Positions 41,742 to 50,734 of a stretch of 64,000 nt of DNA are shown here, piece by piece. The notes under the pieces are model-generated. The model ran no database searches, was not told the DNA's origin, and worked only from the letters and a program-made list of their open reading frames with translations. The translations under genes and the position numbers were made by a program. Source of the DNA: Longimicrobiales bacterium (GTDB lineage Bacteria; Gemmatimonadota; Gemmatimonadetes; Longimicrobiales; Gaopeijiaceae). Where the stretch lies: NCBI GenBank assembly GCA_965249725.1, contig CBDFMQ010000002.1, positions 352,001 through 416,000 on the forward strand. Reading direction: 5' to 3'. The stretch's first letter is position 1; every line of letters starts with the position of its first letter.

Positions 41742-41895
41742 GGCAGACAATATACGGTCCACGGTCCGATTGGCATCCGTGAGATGCGTCAAATGTTTGT
41801 CGTTGCAAAATGCCAAAACCAGAACGTTGCACTCTGCGATAGCCGATGGTACCGTGAAGGGTGGCTCCCGTCCTGATGTCGAGTGATTCCTGTAA

Positions 41896-43590
41896 GTGGA
41901 GGCTGGCCTGAAGAAAGAAGCATCCCCAAGAGCCGAGTTCGGAAGAAGCGAGCTTCTCCGGTGGCTGTATGTGGGTCGCATGACTCTGGCCGCCGGCATC
42001 CTGCTCGGAATTCTCGTGGCATGGGAGTCGGCGCCGCCGCAGGCGAGCCGCACCGCGACGCTCATGTTCCTCGCGGCGTTGGCCGTGACGCTCGGTTCGG
42101 CCTGGCACACCCATTTCCGGGGCCGCTCCGTCGGCTACAACTTCCTCTACACTCATGTGATCCTCGACGTGGCGCTGGTGACGACCATCGTCCACATCAC
42201 CACGGTGGGGGACGAGGTGGTCTTCGCACCGCTCTACATTCTCGTGATCACCGAGGGCGCGCTCCTCCTGCCCCTACCGGGAGGGGTTCTGATCGGTGCG
42301 CTGGCGGCGATCGTCTACTTTGCCGACCTCGTATGGGGCCATCCGGGTGTCCCACTCTCCGGGGCGATCAGTCTCCAGATCGGCCTCTTCGCCGGTGTGG
42401 CGCTCATCACGGGCTGGTTGGGTGATCGGGTCCGCAGAACTGGCATGGCGCTCGGAGCGGTCAGGACCGAGCTGGCCCGCCTGCGCCTCGACAAGGGGGA
42501 CATCCTCGCCAACATCTCGACAGGCGTACTCACCCTGGTCGAAGGGGGCCGCCTAGCCTATCTGAATCCGGCCGCCGAGCAACTTCTAGGGTTTTCGCTG
42601 GAGCAGTGGGAGGGATCGGTCATCCTCGATGCCGTCGACGAGGTGGCTCCGGGCCTGGCCCAGGCTCTCCGAAGCACGGTGGAGCGGCGTCGGCCGGTGG
42701 TCCGCGTCAGAACGCCGGCCAAGCAGGCGGGGGGTCGGGAGACCACACTCGGTATCAGCACCACGGTCCTCGAGGGGCCCGAAGGAGAGGATCCGTCGGT
42801 AACGGCCATCTTCCAGGACATCACCGAACTCGAGCGGGTCGAACTGCTCAACCGCCAGAATGAGCGACTCGAGGCCGTTGCCGAGCTCAGCGCCTCGCTC
42901 GCTCACGAGATCAAGAACCCGCTTGCGTCCATCCGCAGCGCGGTGGAGCAGTTGGACAACGCTGCACTGGCCGGTGACGACCGGGCGCTTCTTCAGCGGC
43001 TGGTCCTTTCCGAATCGGATCGCCTGAGCCGATTGCTCAGTGAGTTCCTAGAGTTCTCGGGAATGCAGATCAATGCCGAGAGGGGAGTGGACTTCGCCCG
43101 CGTCGTGCGAGACGCCGTCGCGCTCGTGAAGCAGCATCCCGACGCCGAGGACGGCGCAACGATCGAGTGCGAGGGTCTCGACGAGCCGCTGACTCTACCC
43201 GGTGACTCCGATCTCCTCCACCGGCTGGTCTTCAACCTCATCTTGAATGCCGTTCAGTTCAGCGGGTCCGGGGGTTGTGTGAGGATCTCGGTGCAGGACT
43301 GCTCGGGCGCCGGAGAGCCTCCTGCTACCGGGGTCACCAATCCGGTTCGCTTGAGCGTCCAGGATTCCGGCCCTGGCATCCGGGCCGAAGACCTCGGGCG
43401 GATCTTCGACCCGTTCTTCACCACTCGGGAGGGGGGGAGTGGCCTGGGCTTGGCGGTGGTCCATCGGGCGGTCAAGGCACACGAAGGTACGCTCTTCGTG
43501 GAGGACACCGCCGACGGTGGAGCCCACTTTCTCGTCTACCTGCCGGGCACGCATAGTGCGCCCGTGCCGATCGGGAGTGCAGCATCATGA
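41896..43590 (+). CDS. pilS: PilS-like membrane sensor histidine kinase
   Basis: About 6 TM helices, PAS domain, LAHEIKNPL, NL..NA, D.GPGI, FDPFFTT, GSGLGL. Confidence 0.8.
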   Translation: MEAGLKKEASPRAEFGRSELLRWLYVGRMTLAAGILLGILVAWESAPPQASRTATLMFLAALAVTLGSAWHTHFRGRSVGYNFLYTHVILDVALVTTIVHITTVGDEVVFAPLYILVITEGALLLPLPGGVLIGALAAIVYFADLVWGHPGVPLSGAISLQIGLFAGVALITGWLGDRVRRTGMALGAVRTELARLRLDKGDILANISTGVLTLVEGGRLAYLNPAAEQLLGFSLEQWEGSVILDAVDEVAPGLAQALRSTVERRRPVVRVRTPAKQAGGRETTLGISTTVLEGPEGEDPSVTAIFQDITELERVELLNRQNERLEAVAELSASLAHEIKNPLASIRSAVEQLDNAALAGDDRALLQRLVLSESDRLSRLLSEFLEFSGMQINAERGVDFARVVRDAVALVKQHPDAEDGATIECEGLDEPLTLPGDSDLLHRLVFNLILNAVQFSGSGGCVRISVQDCSGAGEPPATGVTNPVRLSVQDSGPGIRAEDLGRIFDPFFTTREGGSGLGLAVVHRAVKAHEGTLFVEDTADGGAHFLVYLPGTHSAPVPIGSAAS

Positions 43591-44948
43591 GCAGGGCAAC
43601 CAAGATCCTTTTGGTCGATGACGAGTCCGGCATCCTCGACACTCTACGCATCCTGTTCCGTGGCGAGGGTTACGACGTGGTCTCCGCCCTCAGCGGGCGC
43701 GAGGCCATGGAGGCTCTGCCGGAGCAGGCGCCGGACATCGTACTGACCGATATCCGTATGCCCGGTACGTCGGGACTCGAGGTGATGGCGAAGGCCCGTG
43801 AGATCGATCCTGAGGTAGCGGTCATCCTGATGACGGCACAGGCATCGCTGCAGTCTGCGGTGCGGGCGGTGAACGAAGGGGCCTACTACTACCTGCAGAA
43901 GCCGTTCGCCAACGACGAGCTGCTCGCCATCTGTCGGCGAGCCGCCGAGGCGAGAGAGCTTCGCGTCGAGAACAAGGCTCTCAAGAAGGAGATCCGGAGG
44001 CGTTCCAAAGCACCCAGCGGCAGGCCGGTCGGAATAAGCCGGTCGTTCGTTGAGGTGCTCCAGCTCGGAGAGACGGTGGCCCCGACCGAATCCACGGTCC
44101 TCATCAGTGGTGAGAGTGGGTCCGGTAAGGAGGTGCTCGCCCGGTACATCCACGGTCTGAGTGAGCGGTCCGAGGCGCTCTTTTCCTCGCTGAACTGCGG
44201 AGCGCTTCCCGAGGGCCTGCTAGAGAGCGAGCTGTTCGGGCACACCAAGGGCTCGTTTACGGGAGCCGTGAAGGACAAGGTGGGGCTCCTCGAGGCGGCC
44301 GAGGGAGGAACCCTCTTCCTCGACGAGATCGGTGAGATGTCTCCCGCCACGCAGGTGAGGCTACTGCGCGCCCTCCAGGAGCGGGAAGTCATCCCGGTGG
44401 GATCCACGGAGGCTGTTCCCATCGACGTCAGGATCATGGCTGCGACGCACCGGGACCTCAACGAGGAAATCCGGAAGGGCACGTTCAGAAGCGACCTCTA
44501 TTATCGGCTCAACGTCATCGCCCTTCACCTTCCTCCGCTCAGGGAACGCAGGGAGGACATTCCCCTTCTGGCTCATCACTTCCTCGATGCGATCATGGGT
44601 GAGGATGGTGACAAGATCCTCGGTGAAGAGTCCATGGAGGTCCTGTCCGCATATGACTGGCCGGGCAACGTCCGCGAACTCGAGAACGCCCTCGAGAGGG
44701 CGGCTGTCGTGGCGGAGGGGGCTCCGATCGGGCCCTCGCACCTGCCGGAGAGGGTCCGGCAAGAACACGCGCCTCCTCTGGTGAACGATCAACTGCCCCC
44801 GAACCCGTCCATGGAAGTCATCGAGCGCGCCTACATCCAATGGGTGCTCGTGGCGGAGGGAGGCAACAAGACGAGGGCGGCGGAGGTCCTGGGGATCGAC
44901 CCTTCCACGCTGTATCGCAAACTGAATCGATATGGGATCGAGGTCTAA
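43587..44948 (+). CDS. pilR: Sigma54-dependent response regulator (PilR-like)
   Basis: REC domain, [36 protein letters not shown], Fis-type HTH. Confidence 0.8.
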   Translation: MSRATKILLVDDESGILDTLRILFRGEGYDVVSALSGREAMEALPEQAPDIVLTDIRMPGTSGLEVMAKAREIDPEVAVILMTAQASLQSAVRAVNEGAYYYLQKPFANDELLAICRRAAEARELRVENKALKKEIRRRSKAPSGRPVGISRSFVEVLQLGETVAPTESTVLISGESGSGKEVLARYIHGLSERSEALFSSLNCGALPEGLLESELFGHTKGSFTGAVKDKVGLLEAAEGGTLFLDEIGEMSPATQVRLLRALQEREVIPVGSTEAVPIDVRIMAATHRDLNEEIRKGTFRSDLYYRLNVIALHLPPLRERREDIPLLAHHFLDAIMGEDGDKILGEESMEVLSAYDWPGNVRELENALERAAVVAEGAPIGPSHLPERVRQEHAPPLVNDQLPPNPSMEVIERAYIQWVLVAEGGNKTRAAEVLGIDPSTLYRKLNRYGIEV

Positions 44949-44955
44949 TGTGAGC

Positions 44956-45816
44956 ATGCTTCAATTCCGCGAGGTCGATGCCAAGCGACACGACGATCTC
45001 GCGTGGGAACACGTGAAACTCTCCGTTGTCATTCCCGCTTACAACGAGATCAAGACGGTAGAGAAGCTGTTGCGGCGTGTGCGGGAGGTTCGACTCGACC
45101 TGGAGGTCATCGTGGTCGACGACGGGTCGACCGACGGTACCCGCGACCTGTTGCAGAAGCTGACCGAGCAGGGGCTCATCGATGTCCTGGTGTTCCAGGA
45201 GGTGAACAAGGGGAAGGGTGCGGCGCTGCGGGCGGGATTCGAGCGGGCGACGGGAGACATCATTGCCATCCAAGATGCCGATCTGGAATACGATCCCGTC
45301 GAGCTCCCCATGCTCATGGAGCCCATTCTGGCCGGGAAGGCCGACGCGGTGTACGGCTCCCGTTTTCTCGGAGGCCCACACCGAGTTCTCTTCTTTTGGC
45401 ACATGATGGGGAATCGGTTCTTGACTCTGCTCAGCAACATGTTCACGGATCTGAACCTCACCGACATGGAGACCTGCTATAAGGTCGTGCACGCGGATCT
45501 CCTGAAGAGGCTCCCATTGAGCGCCGACCGGTTCGGCTTCGAACCCGAGGTGACGGCGCGTCTGGCCCGGTCCCATGCGCGGATCTACGAGATGCCCATC
45601 AGCTACGACGGTCGGTCGTACGCGGAAGGGAAGAAGATCAACTGGAAGGATGGGGTGGCCGCCCTCTATTACATCGTCCGCTCCAATCTGCTGGGGCCCC
45701 GTTTGCAGCCGTGGCAGCCCCCGCAGGTCCAGCCCTGGGAGGGGCGCGCCCTCGCCGAGGGTAAGCACCCCGCTCTCTCGCCAGGCCCGGCCCCAGAGGC
45801 TGACGATCAAGGCTGA
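44956..45816 (+). CDS. GT2 glycosyltransferase, polyprenol-phosphate sugar synthase (DPM1-like)
   Basis: [64 protein letters not shown]. Confidence 0.88.
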   Translation: MLQFREVDAKRHDDLAWEHVKLSVVIPAYNEIKTVEKLLRRVREVRLDLEVIVVDDGSTDGTRDLLQKLTEQGLIDVLVFQEVNKGKGAALRAGFERATGDIIAIQDADLEYDPVELPMLMEPILAGKADAVYGSRFLGGPHRVLFFWHMMGNRFLTLLSNMFTDLNLTDMETCYKVVHADLLKRLPLSADRFGFEPEVTARLARSHARIYEMPISYDGRSYAEGKKINWKDGVAALYYIVRSNLLGPRLQPWQPPQVQPWEGRALAEGKHPALSPGPAPEADDQG

Positions 45817-45834
45817 CGAGGGCACCGCGTTCCC

Positions 45835-47661
45835 GTGATCGAGCCGCTGAGCATACCGCCGACGAGAGCCGCGGTTCTCATCTTCATCGCCGCCGTCGCG
45901 GCCTATGGCAACTCGCTCGGCAACGGCTACGCCTATGACGACGCGACGGTCATTGGTGGCAACCAGATCGTCACGGAGGGAAGGGTGAGGGACGCCCTGG
46001 GCGCTCCCTATTGGCCGGACATGGTGGACGGGATCGGGCTCTATCGGCCCCTAACGTCAGCCAGCTATGCCGCCGAGTGGCCCCTGTGGAACGGCCATCC
46101 CGCAGGCTACCACGCCGTCAATGTAGCCGTCCACGCCGCTGTCTCGATCCTTGTGTTCCTTCTGCTTCTCGGGCTTTCCGGACCGTTGCCCGCTCTCGTG
46201 GGGGGAGGGCTGTTTGCTCTGCATCCTGTGCATACCGAGGCCGTGGCCAATGTCGTAGGACGCGCGGAACTGTACTCTGCCCTCTTCGTGCTGGGGGCCT
46301 GCTTGCTGTTCATGCGAGGGGAAGGCGCGTCCCCGGCCCTCCGAGTCGGACGGCTCCTCGCTATCGGGATGCTCTTCCTGCTCGGTCTCGGATCCAAGGA
46401 AATGGCCGCCACCCTGCCGGCCGTGTTGGTGCTCCTTGCCTTGGCCAAGGAGGATGGTGACGAGAACCCCGTTGGTCGCGTCCTTTCGGATGCTCCGGTC
46501 TTGCTGCTCACCGGGGCTCTGCTCGCCGCGTTCCTGGGCTCTAGGATCCTGGTGCTCGGGTCTGTTTCGGGTGAACACCCCGCGGCGTACTTGGGGGGGC
46601 TGTCGACCGGACAGAGAATTCTCACGTCGCTGTCCGTCTGGCCCCACTACTTCCGGCTCCTGGTCTTCCCGCTCGATCTCTCGGCCGACTACGGTCCTGC
46701 CGTCTTGTTCCCGGCACTGACCTGGGGCCCCGATGTAATACTCGGCGTCGTAATGATCGCGGCCGCAGTTGTCGCAGCCCTTTGGCTGTGGCCCCGGGAG
46801 CCACTGGCGACGCTGGGCCTGTTTTGGTTCGGTGTGACGATCCTGCCCGTCACCAACCTCCTCATTCCGACGGGGATCCTCTTGGCGGAACGCACGCTCT
46901 ACCTGCCCTCGGTCGGGTGCGCCTTCATGATCGCCGGCCTGGTACGGTGGACGGCACGCGAAAGGCCGAGGTCGTTGGGCACGCTGCTGATTGTTCTGGC
47001 CGTGGTGGGTACCGGATTCATGACACGCACGGTTCTCCGGAACCCCTCGTGGGCGAGCACCTTCTCCATGTTGAGCACCCTGACCGAAGAGCACCCCGAG
47101 TCCTTCCTCGCCATACGGGCCCGGGCGCGGGGCTTGGACGAAGTCGGAGAAGTCGAGGCAGCGGCTCGCCACTACGAAGTCGCCGTAGAACTCGTCCCCG
47201 GCGAGTACAGCCTGCTCATCGAGGCGGCGCGTTTCCATGGGCGACACGGACGGTGGGCGATGGCAGAGCCGCTGCTCGCCCGAGCCATCGATCTGTTCCC
47301 GGCCCATCCGGTCGCCTGGCAGGTGCTGGCGGAGCAGAAGCTCCGGCAGGGCCTTGGGCGCGAGGGCCACAGCATCGCTCTTCGAGGCCTCTCCGTCGTC
47401 GGGACGAACAGGGATCTCTGGACGCTGGTCTCGGAGAGTTACGTGGCCAAGGGTGACTTCGAGGCGTCCGTTCGTGCGCGGTGGGCCGCGTTCGGTGCGG
47501 ATCCGCCGACCGCGGAGGCCTGGCGGCGCATGGCGCAGCTCATGGAGTTGGCCGAACGCCCGGTGGATGCGGCTGCGGCGTTGGAGCGGGCCCGCACATT
47601 GGAGGTTGGGGCTGCCGGTGCGACTCGCGAGGCCCCCACCGCGCCTGGAGCTCGCCGCTGA
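45835..47661 (+). CDS. TMTC-like GT-C glycosyltransferase with TPR tail (copy 1)
   Basis: NSLGNGYAYDD, YRPL, H.VN...H, LFALHPVHTEAVANVVGRAEL, SKE, PLDLSADY, AERTLYLPS.G, RN..W, then TPR-like helices. Confidence 0.82.
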   Translation: MIEPLSIPPTRAAVLIFIAAVAAYGNSLGNGYAYDDATVIGGNQIVTEGRVRDALGAPYWPDMVDGIGLYRPLTSASYAAEWPLWNGHPAGYHAVNVAVHAAVSILVFLLLLGLSGPLPALVGGGLFALHPVHTEAVANVVGRAELYSALFVLGACLLFMRGEGASPALRVGRLLAIGMLFLLGLGSKEMAATLPAVLVLLALAKEDGDENPVGRVLSDAPVLLLTGALLAAFLGSRILVLGSVSGEHPAAYLGGLSTGQRILTSLSVWPHYFRLLVFPLDLSADYGPAVLFPALTWGPDVILGVVMIAAAVVAALWLWPREPLATLGLFWFGVTILPVTNLLIPTGILLAERTLYLPSVGCAFMIAGLVRWTARERPRSLGTLLIVLAVVGTGFMTRTVLRNPSWASTFSMLSTLTEEHPESFLAIRARARGLDEVGEVEAAARHYEVAVELVPGEYSLLIEAARFHGRHGRWAMAEPLLARAIDLFPAHPVAWQVLAEQKLRQGLGREGHSIALRGLSVVGTNRDLWTLVSESYVAKGDFEASVRARWAAFGADPPTAEAWRRMAQLMELAERPVDAAAALERARTLEVGAAGATREAPTAPGARR

Positions 47662-49547
47662 TGCAGCTCTGGCGTTCCCCTTTCCAGCATGTCCGCACTG
47701 CGGCCTTCCTCGCGGCGGCGGTGGCGATACTCCTCTCGGCGAACAGCGTCCTGAATGATTTCGCCTATGACGATCGTCTCATCATCATCGAAAGCGAGTT
47801 GATTCAGGATCTCAGCACGCTGCCGGAGGCGGCCGTCTCACCGTACTGGCCGGGTGAGTTTGGAGAGGCGCTGGGATTGTGGAGGCCCGTTACGACCGGG
47901 CTCTTCGGCCTGCAGTGGGCGCTGTGGGGTGAGAACCCTGCTGCGTTCCATGCGCTGAACGTCCTACTCCACGGAGCCGTCACCGCCTTGGTGGTGCTGC
48001 TTCTCGCCGAACTCGCCCCCCTTGGTCTCGCCTTCGTTGCGGGCCTCTTGTTCGCCGTACACGCCGTCCATGTCGAGGCGGTTGCCAACGTGGTCGGATT
48101 GGCGGAGGTGCTGTCGTCGATCCTCTACCTCGGCGCGTGCCTCATCTTCGTGCGCCGACGGGAGCATCTCGGCCTCTTGCCGGGCGTGGCCATCGCAGGG
48201 CTCTTCGCCGTGGCGTTCTTGACCAAGGAGAGCGCCGTCACGCTACCAGGCGTGCTGTTCCTTTTGGACGGTGCTCGTGAGAATTCGAGCGCAAGGGGTG
48301 CACTCGCCTACCTGCGTCGCCGGTGGGCCATCTACTCCAGCCTTGTCGCTGTGGCCGCAGCCGTCCTCGTCGGACGCCAATGGGTCCTGGGTAGCATCGC
48401 CGACCCCCTGGCTCCCCTCGGCGCTGACCTACTCAGCGGCGCGGTGCCCCGGATCTGGACCGTGGCTTCTACCTGGCCGCACTACTTCCGCCTCCTGTTC
48501 TTCCCGTTGGACCTGAGCGTCGACTATTCCCCAGCAGTCATCCCGATCATGTTGGGGTGGAGTGCGAGTGGAATCTTGGGTGCGGTCCTCGTGCTGGCCA
48601 CGCTGGGTTTGGCGCTCCGGCTCTGGGGGCGCACGGAGATGGGACCCGACGCACATGTGGGTCGGGTCTTCTCGTTCGGAGTCCTCTGGGTGGTCATCAC
48701 GCTCTCTCCGGTCTCCAACGTCTTGTTTCTTTCCGGCGTGCTGCTGGCTGAGCGCACCTTCTACCTGCCTTCGGTCGGATTCGTGGCGGCCCTGGCCTGG
48801 ATGGGTCTGGAGCTGTACAAGGAGCGGCGGCACGTCGCCGTAGGCGCCTTGGTCGTGGTGCTGTCGTTGATGTCGCTCAAGACCTTCACCCGCAATGCCA
48901 CCTGGAGGAACAACGTCAGCGTGTTCGACGCGCTCCTCCGAGAGCACCCCGAGGCCGGGCGAGCTCAGTGGCTGCTCGGCGATGTCCAGTTCCCCATCGA
49001 CCGCAGCGCCTCCTTCCGCGCATACGGGATCGCCATAAGCCTGCTCGACGGCAGCTATCCACTACTGATGGAGGTGGGAAGGCGACTCCAGATCAGCGGA
49101 AGAACCGAGACCGCGAAGACCCTTTTCGAGCGGGCCTGGTCCGACTCGCCCGATCTCGGACCGGCGCCACAGGCTCTGGCCGTCATCTACCACCGGGAGG
49201 GCGACTTCGGGGCTGCGATCGAAGCGGCCAGTGCCGCATCTGCCGCGTACGGCGGGAGTGAGCCCGTTTCGAACCATCTGTGGGCGCACTCCTTGGCCGC
49301 AGAGGGTCGTTGGGCCGAATCGGTGACGGCCCGTTTCTTGACCATCGAATCCGGCGAGGGCCATCAATGGCAGCAATGGCTTTGGTTGGGTCAGGCCTAT
49401 GCCAACTCGGGCGACACGATTGGGGGACTTGCCGCTCTGGACAGCGCCCGAGTCCGCACGCAGCAGCCCACGAGCATCCGCCAAATTGACAGCATTCGAG
49501 CGACCCTCACGGACAGTGAAAATGCGACTGGTTCGCAGAATCCCTGA
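47661..49547 (+). CDS. TMTC-like GT-C glycosyltransferase with TPR tail (copy 2)
   Basis: ATG overlaps the upstream TGA. NDFAYDD, WRPV, LFAVHAVHVEAVANVVGLAE, TKE, PLDLSVDY, AERTFYLPSVG, RN..W, TPR-like tail. Confidence 0.82.
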   Translation: MQLWRSPFQHVRTAAFLAAAVAILLSANSVLNDFAYDDRLIIIESELIQDLSTLPEAAVSPYWPGEFGEALGLWRPVTTGLFGLQWALWGENPAAFHALNVLLHGAVTALVVLLLAELAPLGLAFVAGLLFAVHAVHVEAVANVVGLAEVLSSILYLGACLIFVRRREHLGLLPGVAIAGLFAVAFLTKESAVTLPGVLFLLDGARENSSARGALAYLRRRWAIYSSLVAVAAAVLVGRQWVLGSIADPLAPLGADLLSGAVPRIWTVASTWPHYFRLLFFPLDLSVDYSPAVIPIMLGWSASGILGAVLVLATLGLALRLWGRTEMGPDAHVGRVFSFGVLWVVITLSPVSNVLFLSGVLLAERTFYLPSVGFVAALAWMGLELYKERRHVAVGALVVVLSLMSLKTFTRNATWRNNVSVFDALLREHPEAGRAQWLLGDVQFPIDRSASFRAYGIAISLLDGSYPLLMEVGRRLQISGRTETAKTLFERAWSDSPDLGPAPQALAVIYHREGDFGAAIEAASAASAAYGGSEPVSNHLWAHSLAAEGRWAESVTARFLTIESGEGHQWQQWLWLGQAYANSGDTIGGLAALDSARVRTQQPTSIRQIDSIRATLTDSENATGSQNP

Positions 49548-49635
49548 CTCAGGGCCCCTGATCCGGGCCCGAATCCGAAGAGGGCAGTACCCCAAGTGGT
49601 TGCTAATAAAGTCCTTACGGGTCTGTACCACGTTT

Positions 49636-49651
49636 TGGACCCGGGCTTGCA
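49636..49651 (+). promoter_or_regulatory. Sigma54 -24/-12 promoter of pilin 1
   Basis: TGGACCCGGGCTTGCA: GG (49637-38), N10, GC (49649-50), about 60 nt before the ATG. Confidence 0.6.
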
Positions 49652-49712
49652 CTTGGAGAGCATCCTCTGAACGTCCATAAGTCAGAAGTGCCACCCACTA
49701 GCAGGAGAGTTT

Positions 49713-50111
49713 ATGATGCGGGACAACAAAGGTTTCACCCTCATCGAGCTGCTCATCGTGGTCGTGATCATCGGTATCTTGGCGGCTATCGCCATTCCGA
49801 AGTTCTCGGCGACGCGTGAGAAGGCTTATTTCGCGGCCATGAAGTCTGATCTCAAGAATCTGGCCAGTCAGCAGGAGATCTACTACTCCGACACGTACTC
49901 CTACACGTCGACCGTAGCGTCTCTCGGCTTCGTTACGTCTGACGGCGTCACGGTTGTGATCGCGGCTTCGACCGACGGTTGGTCGGCCTCTGGGGTGCAC
50001 GCTGCTCTCGCTGGTACTGAGGGCTGTGCGATCTACTACGGCAGTGGTCCGGCGCCCACGGTGGGTACTGCGACTCCCACTAGCCCCGGCGAGATGGCCT
50101 GCACTCAATAA
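49713..50111 (+). CDS. pilA: Type IVa major pilin 1
   Basis: NKG|FTLIELLIVVVIIGILAAIAIPKF, C-terminal Cys pair, strong RBS, optimised-looking codon usage. Confidence 0.9.
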   Translation: MMRDNKGFTLIELLIVVVIIGILAAIAIPKFSATREKAYFAAMKSDLKNLASQQEIYYSDTYSYTSTVASLGFVTSDGVTVVIAASTDGWSASGVHAALAGTEGCAIYYGSGPAPTVGTATPTSPGEMACTQ

Positions 50112-50155
50112 CGCCGGCCAGCGAATACTAGGACGTGAGTTTCACGCCTAGCGAG

Positions 50156-50188
50156 AGCGTGGTCCGGGCGAGTCCCGGGCCACGCTTT
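50156..50188 (+). terminator. Terminator/attenuator between the two pilins
   Basis: agcgtggtccggg-cgagt-cccgggccacgct-tt, preceded by a second hairpin ctaggacgtga-gtt-tcacgcctag. Confidence 0.6.
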
Positions 50189-50221
50189 CCGTCGGTTGGG
50201 CCCTTTGATCGGACAGACGAA

Positions 50222-50620
50222 ATGAGACAGACAATGCGGACGAGAGGCTTCACGCTGATCGAGCTCCTCATCGTGGTCGTGATCATCGGAATCCTGGCCA
50301 CAATCGCGATCCCCAAGTTCTCCTCGGTGCGAGAAAAGGCCTTCGTGGCCAGCATGAAGGCGGACCTCAAGAACCTGGCGACGCAGCAGGAGGTCTACCA
50401 CAACGGCAACTTCACCTTCAGCACCTCGTTCTCGAATCTGGGTTACGTCACGAGCAAAGGGGTGACCGTGAGCGTGAACGAGGCCACTGGAGATGGTTGG
50501 GCTGCTACTGCGGTTCACGGCGGCATGCCGGGTTCCCAGTGTGGTGTCTACCACGGGAACGCCACGCCGGCGAATGGTACGCCCGCCACGGCGATCAGCG
50601 TAGTGGGTTGCACTCCGTAG
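50222..50620 (+). CDS. Type IVa pilin 2 (paralog of pilin 1)
   Basis: TRG|FTLIELLIVVVIIGILATIAIPKF, alignable to pilin 1 along its length, C-terminal Cys pair. Confidence 0.88.
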   Translation: MRQTMRTRGFTLIELLIVVVIIGILATIAIPKFSSVREKAFVASMKADLKNLATQQEVYHNGNFTFSTSFSNLGYVTSKGVTVSVNEATGDGWAATAVHGGMPGSQCGVYHGNATPANGTPATAISVVGCTP

Positions 50621-50734
50621 CATGATCGCTGCTGTTGCAGCGGATCCTCCCGCTCCACACCTTTAAGCTCCGTTCATCCAAGGGCCTGAGCACCCGGCTC
50701 CGGCACCTTGCTCGTTCTGCCTCGGCCGACACCC

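Noticed and set aside
41770..41790. TGGCA...TGC as a sigma54 promoter for pilS
   Set aside because: GG-to-GC spacing is 12 nt, not the required 10.
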